Shown: positions 50,739-60,841 of the stretch, one piece after another
Layout of the letters: each line of letters opens with the position of its first letter
Position numbering within the stretch: position 1 is the first letter of the stretch
From: Thermoplasmatales archaeon
GTDB lineage: Archaea; Thermoplasmatota; Thermoplasmata; Thermoplasmatales; GCA-001856825
Direction of reading: 5' to 3'
Length of the DNA: 64,000 nucleotides
Assembly: GCA_027343225.1 (NCBI GenBank)
Contig: DAHWMK010000018.1
Span: 4,868-68,867, forward strand
Notes under the pieces: generated by a model
The model's database searches: none
Told to the model about the DNA's origin: nothing
Seen by the model: only the letters and a program-made list of their open reading frames with translations
Program-made: the position numbers and the translations under genes

Positions 50739-51668
50739 ATGAGGGCAACGTTAGCAGTTGGCGGAAATGCACTATTAGAAAAATACGACAGAGGGACGGC
50801 CGAAGAGCAGATATACAGAGCGGAGCTGACTGCAAAGAAAACTCACGACTTTTTCAGGAACAATGAAGTTGTACTGACACACGGAAATGGACCTCAAGTC
50901 GGGGCGATATTGCTTCAGAATGAGTTTTCAAGCTCCATCAGTCCAGCAATGCCGTTGGATGTCTGTGGAGCGATGTCACAGGGAAACATTGGTTATTTCT
51001 TGCAAACTGCCTTCCAGAAGGTATTCAACGAAAATGGAGTGAACAAAAGGGTTGTGACGCTGATAACAAGAACGGTTGTAGAGAAGAACGACCCTGCTTT
51101 TAAGAACCCCACGAAGCCCGTTGGAAAGTACTACACAAGGGATGAGGCTAGGGTGCTGGAAGCAAACAACGGCTTCGTGATGAGAGAGGATGCAGGGAGG
51201 GGCTACAGAAGAGTTGTTCCGTCCCCAGTTCCTGTGGACATTGTGGAGATAGATCAGATAAGATATCTGATGAATGAAAGGTTCGTCCCTATAGCAGTTG
51301 GAGGTGGTGGAATACCTGTCGTCAGATCTGACGGAGGATATGTTGGAGTGGAGGCGGTGATTGATAAGGACCTTGCTTCATCACTCATAGCGGTGGAGCT
51401 TAACGTGGACATATTCATTATTCTGACAGCGGTGGATGCTGCCTACATAAATTTCAACAAACCCAACAGACAAAAGCTTGGAATCATTGATTTGGCGGAA
51501 ATTAGGAAACTGAGATCTGAGGGTCATTTTGCCACTGGCAGCATGCTACCCAAAATAGACGCCGCTATAAGCTTCGTTGAAAAGACTGGAAGAAAGGCGA
51601 TAATCACGAATGCTGAAAACATGTATGATGCCCTGAAGGGTTCAGCGGGAACGATAGTGACAGACTAA
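50739..51668 (+). CDS. arcC: Carbamate kinase
   Basis: GGNAL, THGNGPQVG, PTKPVG, RRVVPSP, EAVIDKD and GSMLPK. Confidence 0.96.
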   Translation: MRATLAVGGNALLEKYDRGTAEEQIYRAELTAKKTHDFFRNNEVVLTHGNGPQVGAILLQNEFSSSISPAMPLDVCGAMSQGNIGYFLQTAFQKVFNENGVNKRVVTLITRTVVEKNDPAFKNPTKPVGKYYTRDEARVLEANNGFVMREDAGRGYRRVVPSPVPVDIVEIDQIRYLMNERFVPIAVGGGGIPVVRSDGGYVGVEAVIDKDLASSLIAVELNVDIFIILTAVDAAYINFNKPNRQKLGIIDLAEIRKLRSEGHFATGSMLPKIDAAISFVEKTGRKAIITNAENMYDALKGSAGTIVTD

Positions 51669-52321
51669 ACTCTTGTAATTCTTCCCTCTCTGATCTTGAT
51701 CTTGTTATTCTGTTCCAACCACGATAGGGTTTCTTGATATTCTCTTCTGGTGATGAACAGGTCATTCTTCTTTTCCAGACAAGTGATGACTTCATCATTA
51801 TTTGATGGACCGCCTATACAGTTGAGTATCAAATTCCTGAAATCTTCCTTCTTGTTCCAAGGGAAAATGAACCATTTCCAGTTGTCCGCAGTTATCTCTT
51901 CTGCATAATAGTCGGGAGTGATCTCAGATTTGTTTATGTGAAGGAATGTCGCCGTCTTTACAACCTTAGGATTCTTCTGCATTGTAGCTTCAATGGCAAG
52001 TCTGATGGATTGACCCGTGTCTGTTATGTCGTCGACGATCAGGACAGATCTCCCAGTGAGATCTTTCACTATCGGGTAAGTGACAGCGGCTTTACCATCC
52101 GGAGTCGCTGTGATCCCCCAGTGTTCGGTCTTGAGGGTGAAAATGTCTTTTATGCTCAGATAGTCTGCCACGATCCTGGCTGGGACGAGCCCTCCCCTGA
52201 TCACGGAGATTACGCAATCAAACTTGAATCCTCCAATCTTTTCGACAATTATCTCCGCCCATCTCTCAATTTCTTCCCAGCTGACGATCCTTGACGGGAC
52301 TCTTTGGGAATCCATTTGCAT
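51665..52321 (-). CDS. Type I phosphoribosyltransferase (purine PRT-like); start uncertain
   Basis: RGGLVPAR, VLIVDDITDTGQS and WFIFPW. Confidence 0.9.
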   Translation of the reverse strand: MQMDSQRVPSRIVSWEEIERWAEIIVEKIGGFKFDCVISVIRGGLVPARIVADYLSIKDIFTLKTEHWGITATPDGKAAVTYPIVKDLTGRSVLIVDDITDTGQSIRLAIEATMQKNPKVVKTATFLHINKSEITPDYYAEEITADNWKWFIFPWNKKEDFRNLILNCIGGPSNNDEVITCLEKKNDLFITRREYQETLSWLEQNNKIKIREGRITRV

Positions 52322-52428
52322 CATTTCACAAAGTTTCTTTTCATTAAAGTTCTTTTGGATTTCCTTTAGAGAATTGATGTATTGGTCAGACCAGATTGCA
52401 TAAAAGAATTTAAATAGATTTTCAATCA

Positions 52429-53175
52429 ATGGTGATGAAAGTTGTATATGGAAGCGATGACGTCGCTGGTAGTAACATTAGTTATTTCCTTGAGAAAAAT
52501 TTCTCAGTAGACGTAATCCCGTTGAAAGAACATCCAATCTATCACGACTATCCAGAAAAGGTAGCAAACGCACGGAGCGGTGAACTGATTATAATCCCGA
52601 GTCAGCATAAAAGTCTAAAGAACATAAGGAGTCTTACTGTCCACGCTGCAGGCAACTTCGACACGAACGAATATGGGGGTGAAAAGAACAAAATGACTCT
52701 CTACGATGCAAAATACGCAAGAGGGGTCCTGCTAAATATCAATAAGTATGCAAAGAACTTGGGATTCGAAATCACGTACGAAGCCACGCATCATGGGCCC
52801 TATTCAGAAAATCCGCTTCTCTTCGTAGAGATAGGTTCGAGTGAATCAGAGTACAAGGATAAGGAGATCGGATATCTGATGGCGAGGTCTATTTATGAAT
52901 CGTTTGATGAAGATGCGAGTATCCATTGCGGAATCGGAGGGATGCACTACTCCAGTAAATTTACCAAGCTTGCTATGAACGAGGGTGTGGCTTTCGGTCA
53001 CATAGCCTCAAAGTACCGATTTGCCTCTCTCACTCCGGATTCGCTATCAGAGATGTATCGAAAAACCATAGGTGCAGAGGGCTTCCTGATAGAAGGAAAA
53101 TCGTTCGATTCATTACAGAAGAATGCGCTGAAGAAAATGTTGGATTCACGATCCTTCAGTTACAGATTTGTATAA
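52429..53175 (+). CDS. dtdA: D-aminoacyl-tRNA deacylase (DTD2/GEK1 family)
   Basis: SQHKS, LTVH..GN, EATHHGP, FVEIGS and GGMHY. Confidence 0.92.
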   Translation: MVMKVVYGSDDVAGSNISYFLEKNFSVDVIPLKEHPIYHDYPEKVANARSGELIIIPSQHKSLKNIRSLTVHAAGNFDTNEYGGEKNKMTLYDAKYARGVLLNINKYAKNLGFEITYEATHHGPYSENPLLFVEIGSSESEYKDKEIGYLMARSIYESFDEDASIHCGIGGMHYSSKFTKLAMNEGVAFGHIASKYRFASLTPDSLSEMYRKTIGAEGFLIEGKSFDSLQKNALKKMLDSRSFSYRFV

Positions 53176-53178
53176 GTC

Positions 53179-54090
53179 TCAGAGAGACGAAACTATGAGG
53201 GGAAGAATTACTGTTGCCTCCCCCTCGATCAGCACCTGCTTTGCTTTTGGTTTTATTTTCCCCCACGAAACCGCTTCTCTAGGCTGGGCACCCGAAAGGC
53301 TTCCATCAAATTCCTGAGCGGTCGTTATGTATACAGCATAATCAAGACCGCCACGGAACTGGTTCCACCAAATGACATGGTGTTTCGATATCCCTCCTCC
53401 AACAATTATTGCTCCCATCTTGCCTTTGGTAGAATTGAACATGATTTCACTGAGCCGGTGCTCATCCTCCAAGGAATCTATAGAAAAATCCCTATTCATT
53501 TCCCAGAACGACCAAAGTTGTGCACCGAATGAACCATCAGTATAGCCTGGAATGAATATGTCTACCCCTTTTTGATATGCAGAGTTCAGTATGGAACCCG
53601 CCTTCATCTCTTTTCCAAGGTCTCTGAGGAGATCACTGATTGCCCACTTTTTCTTCTTCTCATACTCTCTACCCAGGAAAGGCATCATCTTCTCCTCCAT
53701 GACCTTCCCGTAATGGTCCTGCGGAATGACCACGTTCCCCAACCTGTATTTTTTCTCTTTCAGAAGCTGACCATCGTTGAGCATGAAATCCCCGCGGTAG
53801 TAGTTCTTGTAAGATCTCGCAAGATCGTGATCAACTGTCCCTGCGGTAGTAATTATGTGATTGATAATTCCAGAGTTTATGAGCTCTACAATCACTCCTC
53901 TCGTACCAGTCGAGACTATGTCTGCCGTAAAACTGAGGAAAGTTTCTACCTTGTTCTTCCTCATTTCTCTTATGATCTCTACGGCTGCTCCAAGTTTTGG
54001 GGCAGTAAATCCTCCGGAACTTGCGAACTGGTCCATTAGTTCCGACACCTTCATTCCTTTCTTAATTCGAATGTCTTCTACGGGCCTCAT
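53179..54090 (-). CDS. dys: Deoxyhypusine synthase
   Basis: GGGISKHH and DGSLSGAQPREAVSWGK. Confidence 0.96.
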   Translation of the reverse strand: MRPVEDIRIKKGMKVSELMDQFASSGGFTAPKLGAAVEIIREMRKNKVETFLSFTADIVSTGTRGVIVELINSGIINHIITTAGTVDHDLARSYKNYYRGDFMLNDGQLLKEKKYRLGNVVIPQDHYGKVMEEKMMPFLGREYEKKKKWAISDLLRDLGKEMKAGSILNSAYQKGVDIFIPGYTDGSFGAQLWSFWEMNRDFSIDSLEDEHRLSEIMFNSTKGKMGAIIVGGGISKHHVIWWNQFRGGLDYAVYITTAQEFDGSLSGAQPREAVSWGKIKPKAKQVLIEGEATVILPLIVSSL

Positions 54091-55091
54091 TTAAATTCCT
54101 CCATTAGCACTCTCCTCTTGTGATCACTCTCAAAATATTTCCTAGATGGTTCTAGGATGCTTATCAGTTTTTGAGAGAGGCTGTCCTTGAGATCTGCAGG
54201 GTGAATCTTGCCATCGACAAAATCTCTCTCCATATCCCCGTAAGATCCGTATTCTTCCCTTTCGCCTATGGCCACTCCGTCATTGTAGAAATTGAAAATG
54301 ATATTCTTGTAAATTTGAAGAATTGGGTTACCTTCGACAGTCTTCTCAGGACAGAAAGCTGATCTGATCTTCCTTGAAATATCCTCTGGAGAATCGTGGA
54401 TGAACACGGCGGAATCAGCCTTGCTCTTGCTCATCTTGTTCATAGGATCCATCCTGTTACCTCCCTTGAGAGAAGATATCAACGGGCTGTGTATAGCGAC
54501 AAATCCCTTCTTGCCTACCTTCTTATGAATATCCCTTGCCAGCATGTGAACGTGTCGTTGATCCATTCCTCCGAATGCAACGTCCAGATCCATGTAAAAA
54601 ATATCTGTCGCCTGCATCATTGGATATATGAGTTTCGACGAGTCCTTGTCAGCATCCTCCTCGCTCCTTCCTAGTATTGGTAGAGCGCGTTTTATCCTGG
54701 ATATTGTGAGGGCTTTTGCCACTCTCAGCAGCAGGGCCCAATAATCAGAGCTGGCTACTAATTCTGAAGCATAGAGGAACTTTACTTTATGACTTAGGCC
54801 CAGAGAAAGAAATCCCTCCCTCATGTATTCGGCATTTCTTCTTATTTTTTCCAGGTCTCCTCCAAATTTATCATTGATTGCCGCGTGCCAGTCTGCGAGA
54901 AGTACCGTCATCTCAATTCCAGCATCCGCTGCAACGTTCATAATGTTCGTCCACAAGAGACCCGTCCCAAGATGGATGGGACCCGATGGTTCAAAACCGC
55001 AGTACCCTTTGGCTGTATCAAGTGCGCTCAATTCTTCGTGAGTAATCACTTCTTGAACAACTGATTCCAGCCTGGACAGGTCTTTTAGCAT
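54087..55091 (-). CDS. tyrS: Tyrosine--tRNA ligase
   Basis: YCGFEPSGPIHLG, YPMMQATD, GGMDQR and KMSKS. Confidence 0.96.
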   Translation of the reverse strand: MLKDLSRLESVVQEVITHEELSALDTAKGYCGFEPSGPIHLGTGLLWTNIMNVAADAGIEMTVLLADWHAAINDKFGGDLEKIRRNAEYMREGFLSLGLSHKVKFLYASELVASSDYWALLLRVAKALTISRIKRALPILGRSEEDADKDSSKLIYPMMQATDIFYMDLDVAFGGMDQRHVHMLARDIHKKVGKKGFVAIHSPLISSLKGGNRMDPMNKMSKSKADSAVFIHDSPEDISRKIRSAFCPEKTVEGNPILQIYKNIIFNFYNDGVAIGEREEYGSYGDMERDFVDGKIHPADLKDSLSQKLISILEPSRKYFESDHKRRVLMEEFK

Positions 55092-55124
55092 AATTCTGGA
55101 GAGAGTCGCTTTATTTCATTTTTG

Positions 55125-55664
55125 TTATAGCCAGATGGCGTGTCTCTTTCTCAGATCAGCTTCCTTTTCCCCCTTCTCGTTCATAAGTACGGCCACAATC
55201 GAATCTAACAACACGTGACAGGAAGCTTCAAAAAGAGTACCCAGAGGTGCAAGATCCGATGATTTGTTCGTCCTGAGAACTATCTTCAGATCGCTTGCTT
55301 TATAAATCGAGTTGTCCGTTGATGATGTTATCGATATTATCTTTGCATTCACCCGTCTGCAGATTTGAGCAACAAGCAGTGCCCCCTGCGTCTCTCCGGT
55401 TCCAGACAATAAAACGACGGAATCTTTATCGGTAACGACTGGAGCAATAGTTTCCCCCACAAAGTACGCCTGAAGTCCCATTTGTACGAGCCTCATGGCG
55501 AACATCCTTCCCACAATTCCGGACCTTCCGACTCCGTAGACAAATATGTTTCTTGATTCAAGGAGTACCTTGCTCACTTTGCTAACGATCTCCTCGTCCA
55601 GCTCTTTCAGGTTCTCGAAATTACGCATTATGTAATCAAAGGAATCACTCAGAGTGGTCATCAA
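55125..55664 (-). CDS. hxlB: 6-phospho-3-hexuloisomerase-like SIS protein
   Basis: GVGRSG, FAMRLVQMG, SGTGET and APLGTLFE. Confidence 0.85.
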   Translation of the reverse strand: MMTTLSDSFDYIMRNFENLKELDEEIVSKVSKVLLESRNIFVYGVGRSGIVGRMFAMRLVQMGLQAYFVGETIAPVVTDKDSVVLLSGTGETQGALLVAQICRRVNAKIISITSSTDNSIYKASDLKIVLRTNKSSDLAPLGTLFEASCHVLLDSIVAVLMNEKGEKEADLRKRHAIWL

Positions 55665-55716
55665 GAGGCAAGTATCGGAGACTAATTTAATTTATCTTTG
55701 CATGGTCTACTAGTCC

Positions 55717-57006
55717 CTAATGATACAGTTCTACGAAATCGTATCCGTTCTCCTTTCCATAACAGTACTTGACTTCCTGAAACTCTCTCTTCAGCTCTAA
55801 GACTTCCTCTCTTACGTCTGCACCCTTCACCGCTCTATAAATCAGGTCTGCAATATGGGACATCTCACCCTTCCCCATTCCTATTCTGGTTGCCTCCTGT
55901 GTGCCGATTCTTATTCCTGATGGATTCTGGGCTTTAGTATTGTCATCTCCAGGGATCATATTCTTGTTTAGTATTATGAAGTTCCTTTCTAGCACTTCGG
56001 CAACTTGTCTCCCTCCCCCTTGCTTCTTTACATCTATAAGAAGCGTGTGGCTCTCAGTAAACCCACTCTTTTCAGCGAGGACATTGAACCCCCTGGAGTA
56101 CAGTTCCTTCCCAAGCGTCTTGGCATTTTCTATTATAGCCGATGCGTAAGATTCTCCAAACTCCATCATCTCTGCAGCAGTGAGCCCAAGGCCAGCCATT
56201 GCTCCTATGTGATGGTTCGATATGACCCCTGGAAAGACCCCTCTCCTCACTTTTTTCCACTTTTCATCGGCTGTGTTTCCAACTATGACTCCATGTTGGG
56301 GCCCGGGGAAAGTCTTGTGCGTGCTACCAGAGATTACGTCTGCGCCTTCTCTAATAGGATCCTGAAACCTTTTGCCAGCTATCAGTCCGAGTACGTGGGC
56401 TCCGTCGTACCATACCGTGCTTCCAACTTCGTCGATCGTATCCTTGAGTTCTTTGATAGGAGCCGGAAATAGGAATACTGAAAAACCAAACAACACTACT
56501 TTAGGTTTTTCTGAAAGTATTGCCTTTCTAGTTCCATCTATGTCTACTCTCATAAGTTCCGTGTCGAATGCCATGTTCTTTATGTTGCATCCCCTCATTC
56601 CAACCGCTCCAAACTGGGCCGAAGAAATGTGTGCACCTGAATCAAGGCTGGGGGTCAGGATCGTTTCTCCGGGCTGCAGAAAAGCAAACACGAGCGCTTG
56701 GTTAGCATTGGTTCCAGATATGGGCCTAACGTCTGCTTGCTTTGACCTGAACAACGTCTTGACCAGTTCTTCAACTCTTGTTTCCATTTCGTCTACAATC
56801 TTGTTCCCCTGGTAATATCTATGACCCGGAAGACCCTCTGCATACCTGTTGTTAAAATCCGAGATTACCATCTCCTTCGTGAGAGGGCTCATCAGATTTT
56901 CGCTTGCAATTAGTGGTATCGAATTCTTGAACAATTCTGTATGTTCTACCGCTTTTTGTCTAATCCACAGAGCTTCATTCAGGAAGGAATTGGATGACAT
57001 ATACAA
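55717..57006 (-). CDS. glyA: Serine hydroxymethyltransferase
   Basis: LIASEN, YAEGLPGHRYY, PLP-lysine STHKTFPGP and SGIRIGT. Confidence 0.97.
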   Translation of the reverse strand: MYMSSNSFLNEALWIRQKAVEHTELFKNSIPLIASENLMSPLTKEMVISDFNNRYAEGLPGHRYYQGNKIVDEMETRVEELVKTLFRSKQADVRPISGTNANQALVFAFLQPGETILTPSLDSGAHISSAQFGAVGMRGCNIKNMAFDTELMRVDIDGTRKAILSEKPKVVLFGFSVFLFPAPIKELKDTIDEVGSTVWYDGAHVLGLIAGKRFQDPIREGADVISGSTHKTFPGPQHGVIVGNTADEKWKKVRRGVFPGVISNHHIGAMAGLGLTAAEMMEFGESYASAIIENAKTLGKELYSRGFNVLAEKSGFTESHTLLIDVKKQGGGRQVAEVLERNFIILNKNMIPGDDNTKAQNPSGIRIGTQEATRIGMGKGEMSHIADLIYRAVKGADVREEVLELKREFQEVKYCYGKENGYDFVELYH

Positions 57007-57104
57007 ACAGTCAAAATGAATTAATAAACATTTACGAATATTGCATACTTGATATAACGGATTTTACTCTCGGTCTCCCATTAACTTCGCACAATGACTC
57101 TAAG

Positions 57105-57596
57105 CTAGACTTCCGATGCTAGTTTTATTGCAAGATCTACTGCTTCTCTGGGAGTCTTGACTCTTATATATCTTCCCTCGCTTTTCTTCTTTGGAGTAAG
57201 TTCCATGCCATCTATTGCGATTACGTTCTTACCCTCAGCAAGCGCAAATGAGGCCTCTGAAATTGTACCTGTCGATCCGTCGATAGCTATCACGACCTTG
57301 CCAGCCCTTACTACCAAGAAATTCCTGGCGTAACCCAGACCTGTGGGAATAGCGGCTGATAGATACTTGTTTCCGTCTTCAGACCTGTTACCAGGCAGTA
57401 TCCCTATAACCAGTCCGTTCTCTTCCCTTACGCCCTTTGCAACGCATTCCATTACTCCGGTCAATCCACCACAGAAAACGGTCACACCGGATTTGGCAAG
57501 AAGTCTTCCAACTTCTTTTGCAATTTCACACGTTTCTTGGGGGATTTCGCTTCCTCCAATCACCGAGATGTTGAGCACCATGCCAGATCTTTCCAA
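57105..57596 (-). CDS. TIGR00725 / LOG-family Rossmann-fold protein (start may be 57581)
   Basis: CGGLTGVME, IGILP, TGLGYARN and GTISE. Confidence 0.88.
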   Translation of the reverse strand: MERSGMVLNISVIGGSEIPQETCEIAKEVGRLLAKSGVTVFCGGLTGVMECVAKGVREENGLVIGILPGNRSEDGNKYLSAAIPTGLGYARNFLVVRAGKVVIAIDGSTGTISEASFALAEGKNVIAIDGMELTPKKKSEGRYIRVKTPREAVDLAIKLASEV

Positions 57597-57626
57597 AGGA
57601 TTAAAGATGGATTGTCTATCACTGCA

Positions 57627-58370
57627 CTAAACGTACATCGACTGCTCGGGCGATTTCTGTGCCTTGTCCTTCTGAATCTGATTGAACTTACCGATGATCT
57701 CGTTGGTCTGTTCTTGAAGCTTTTTCACTGATTCTTCAAGAATGTCAGTGCCAATCTTCAGTCCGAATCCCTTGTTCAGCACCTCGACAATCGATAAAAC
57801 CGCGCCAGGATCTGGTATGTCTATGGATGTCTCTGTCATCAAAGACAACGAACTAATCTTCTTGCCGATGGACTCGTTGATAAGGGCTCCACCTATACCT
57901 GAAATGATTGCGGAACCTGCACTTTCTACTCCTATTCCAGAGAGTTTCTTTAACAGAGTCGATTCTGCTGCAGCATATACCGTCCTCTTGTCCAGAAGAC
58001 CCTTTGCAGGGATCCCGTCAATGACAATGATCTGACTTGGGTTTATCCCTTCGAGCCACTTCACGAGGACTGATGATATTTCGTACAGTCCTTCATCGTC
58101 AACAGGAACTTCACAAGTAATTACCATTATAGTACCCTCTTTATTTCCGTATATCCTAAATGGGGTCCTCATCTTTCCGCCCACAAACACAGTCACAGGT
58201 GGTATATGGACGCTCTTGATCTGCGCAATTTGATGGAGTTCGATCTGTTCTATGATGTACGACGATGTTAGAAGTCCCAGAGTGGTCGATTCGACGAATC
58301 CGAGTATTACGAGAGGATTATTGGACACAAACTTGTCTATTTCTATGACTTGAGGATCCGAGTGGTACAT
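57627..58370 (-). CDS. Proteasome assembly chaperone (PAC2) family protein
   Basis: VILGF...G, PPVTVFVGG...PFRIY, ISGIGGAL and PDPGA. Confidence 0.88.
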   Translation of the reverse strand: MYHSDPQVIEIDKFVSNNPLVILGFVESTTLGLLTSSYIIEQIELHQIAQIKSVHIPPVTVFVGGKMRTPFRIYGNKEGTIMVITCEVPVDDEGLYEISSVLVKWLEGINPSQIIVIDGIPAKGLLDKRTVYAAAESTLLKKLSGIGVESAGSAIISGIGGALINESIGKKISSLSLMTETSIDIPDPGAVLSIVEVLNKGFGLKIGTDILEESVKKLQEQTNEIIGKFNQIQKDKAQKSPEQSMYV

Positions 58371-58428
58371 AGAATCGTATCAGTAATGCAGATAAAAACT
58401 TTCATAACTCGCAATTGTAGTTGCGAAG

Positions 58429-58734
58429 CTAAGAGTCTAACTTCTTGTACTGCCCGTACAAGTTCTCATAAATTTTTTCCATTCTTCTTAGGCTTCTTTT
58501 CAGGGCCGCCTGGGGTTTGCCCTGTTTCACCTTGATATGAACTTTAGGATTAGAAAGATATGGATGTTCGAAATAATATCTGACATTCTCGACCATGCTG
58601 TCATTCTCAATTTCCTCAATCAGTGGCCGGAGGATAGTATTGTCATTATGGAGTACCTCATATACGATAAAATCCTTCCCTTTGTCTACAACCACAAATT
58701 CCATTTCTTTCATTTTAACCTGATTTTTATTCAC
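58429..58734 (-). CDS. rpoL: RNA polymerase subunit L (Rpo11); start may be 58713 or 58704
   Basis: DNTILRPL..EI, YYFEHP and PKVHIKV...PQAALK. Confidence 0.85.
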   Translation of the reverse strand: MNKNQVKMKEMEFVVVDKGKDFIVYEVLHNDNTILRPLIEEIENDSMVENVRYYFEHPYLSNPKVHIKVKQGKPQAALKRSLRRMEKIYENLYGQYKKLDS

Positions 58735-59249
58735 CTATTAACTTCATCGGTCTTTGAGAGGTCCTGGAGTCGTTTCACTCCGTCTATTTCCAAAATTACT
58801 TTGTAAACTGCATCCGGTACCAGGTCGTCCCACCTTTCTCCTGCTATAATCTTTCTCCTAATCTCCCTACCTGAATACGATTCTCTTGACTTCATCTCTG
58901 GTTCGAGAACATTTTTCCCTGCTTCATGGAACAGTCTCTTGACGAGAGGGTTACCAGAAATTGCGATGTCAAAGGGTGGCGTAAGAGATAGTATATGGCT
59001 GACCCATAGGCTGTTCCTGTATAGGTCCTCGATGGGAACCAAGTAATAGTCGTGAATAGAATTTGATTCCATAGCTCTCTGTATCATGTACTGCCTTTCA
59101 CCTGCGGTAAACGGATTTGCGAGCGTGTGAGACTCCTGAGCACTCCCAATACCAATGATAATGGAGCCATACTCATTGATAATCTTCCTTGCAAGCCACA
59201 TATGGCCATTATGGAACGGCTGAAATCGTCCGATTAGTAAGGGACGCAT
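58731..59249 (-). CDS. nadM: Nicotinamide-nucleotide adenylyltransferase
   Basis: GRFQPFHNGH, GSAQESHT.ANPFTAGER and SGREIR. Confidence 0.95.
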   Translation of the reverse strand: MRPLLIGRFQPFHNGHMWLARKIINEYGSIIIGIGSAQESHTLANPFTAGERQYMIQRAMESNSIHDYYLVPIEDLYRNSLWVSHILSLTPPFDIAISGNPLVKRLFHEAGKNVLEPEMKSRESYSGREIRRKIIAGERWDDLVPDAVYKVILEIDGVKRLQDLSKTDEVNR

Positions 59250-59611
59250 AAAACTGAATTAACACTACGATTAAACCATTTCCAAAGATTATCCTTGTGT
59301 TCTATTCCAGTCTACAACTTTGGAAGGTGGTTATGATTCCGCAGAAAAGGCCCAATCCGCAATACCGTGTTCTCTGTTCCAAACTGCCTCTGAATCTGAG
59401 ACTAGTGAATGCATTCTGGATAAGAAGAGGGTGAGACACCATCAGGTTTATGATTAATCTGTCTTACAGACCACTCCCTGAGTTATTTCCGACTGTACTA
59501 TGCTGCATCCTCAATTTTAAATTCCAGCCATACTATTTTTCTAAGTTATGCATCTATCCGAAAGTGAAGCGGACCACAGCAAGTTTTTTTATGAATTAAA
59601 CATCCCATATT

Positions 59612-60841
59612 GTGTCCGATGCTTTTGAATCGGGGGATAAAGTAGAAATTAATTGGAAAGGATCAACATTCTCAGGGACGTTCATTTCAAAGGACGAAAG
59701 GATAACAGTGATCAAGCTTCAAAATGGTTACAACCTTTCCCTTGAGAATTCCAGTATAGGTTCCATTCGCTTGTTATCGAAGCACGTGCCGAAAATACCC
59801 CTTGCAGAGAGTCCAGCAGGGAAGGGGAAACGTGTCTTTGTGCTTGGGACGGGTGGAACGATTGCAAGTTATGTCGACTATGAAACTGGGGCAGTTAAGC
59901 CCGCCAAGACGTCCCAGGAGATGCTTTATGCTCAGCCAGAACTGGCGAAGATTGCAACCATTGAAGCGGAAATCGTACTGAACATTCTCTCAGAAGATAT
60001 GAAAAAGACTGATTGGCTCAGAATAGCGAAAAAAGTGTACGACAAGATCAGTCAGGGGGAAGGAGTGACAATAACTCACGGAACTGACACTCTGTCCTTT
60101 ACCTCTTCAGCACTTTCATTCTTGATTGAAAATCCAAAGGCACCTGTGGTTTTTACTGCTTCCCAACGATCTCCAGACCGTCCTTCTTCCGATGCCTTTT
60201 TTAACCTGAAGGGTGCAGTCAAGGTCGCACAGTCCGATGTTGGACAAGTCTGTGTTGTGATGCACGCATCCACAAACGACGACAGTCTATCCATTCATTC
60301 TGGGGTCAGGTTGAGGAAGATGCATTCTTCCAGAAGAGATGCCTTTAAGAGCATCAATTCCGAGCCGATAGGCACCATAGACAAGGACCTCGAAATACAT
60401 TGGAAAAGTTATGAGAAAATTAATGACAAACCGATGAAGATTTATGAAAAGATTAGCGAAAGGGTCGGTCTTCTTTATTTCTATCCTGGGCTGAGCGAAG
60501 AGCTGTTCCACAAGTTTGCAGAAACCAATGATGGACTTGTAATAGCTGGAACTGGCTTGGGTCATATTTCTAATAGATTCGTTCCCAGAGTGAAGGAGTA
60601 CGTCTCCCAGGGGAAAATAATCGGGATGACCACGCAATGCCTTTATGGGAGTGTCAATCTCGATGTCTACTCGACTGGTAGGAACCTTCTTGAAGCTGGT
60701 GTGATCCCACTCCAAGATATGCTCCCAGAGGTTGCTTACACAAAGCTGTCATTCCTGCTGGGAAATTACGATATTCAAACTGCTCGTAATCTCATGGTAA
60801 AGAACCTCAGGGGTGAGATTGCTGAAAGACGAACAGAATGA
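59612..60841 (+). CDS. gatD: Glu-tRNA(Gln) amidotransferase subunit D
   Basis: IKLQNGYN, TGGTIAS, HGTDT, SQRSPDRPSSD and GTGLGH. Confidence 0.97.
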   Translation: MSDAFESGDKVEINWKGSTFSGTFISKDERITVIKLQNGYNLSLENSSIGSIRLLSKHVPKIPLAESPAGKGKRVFVLGTGGTIASYVDYETGAVKPAKTSQEMLYAQPELAKIATIEAEIVLNILSEDMKKTDWLRIAKKVYDKISQGEGVTITHGTDTLSFTSSALSFLIENPKAPVVFTASQRSPDRPSSDAFFNLKGAVKVAQSDVGQVCVVMHASTNDDSLSIHSGVRLRKMHSSRRDAFKSINSEPIGTIDKDLEIHWKSYEKINDKPMKIYEKISERVGLLYFYPGLSEELFHKFAETNDGLVIAGTGLGHISNRFVPRVKEYVSQGKIIGMTTQCLYGSVNLDVYSTGRNLLEAGVIPLQDMLPEVAYTKLSFLLGNYDIQTARNLMVKNLRGEIAERRTE

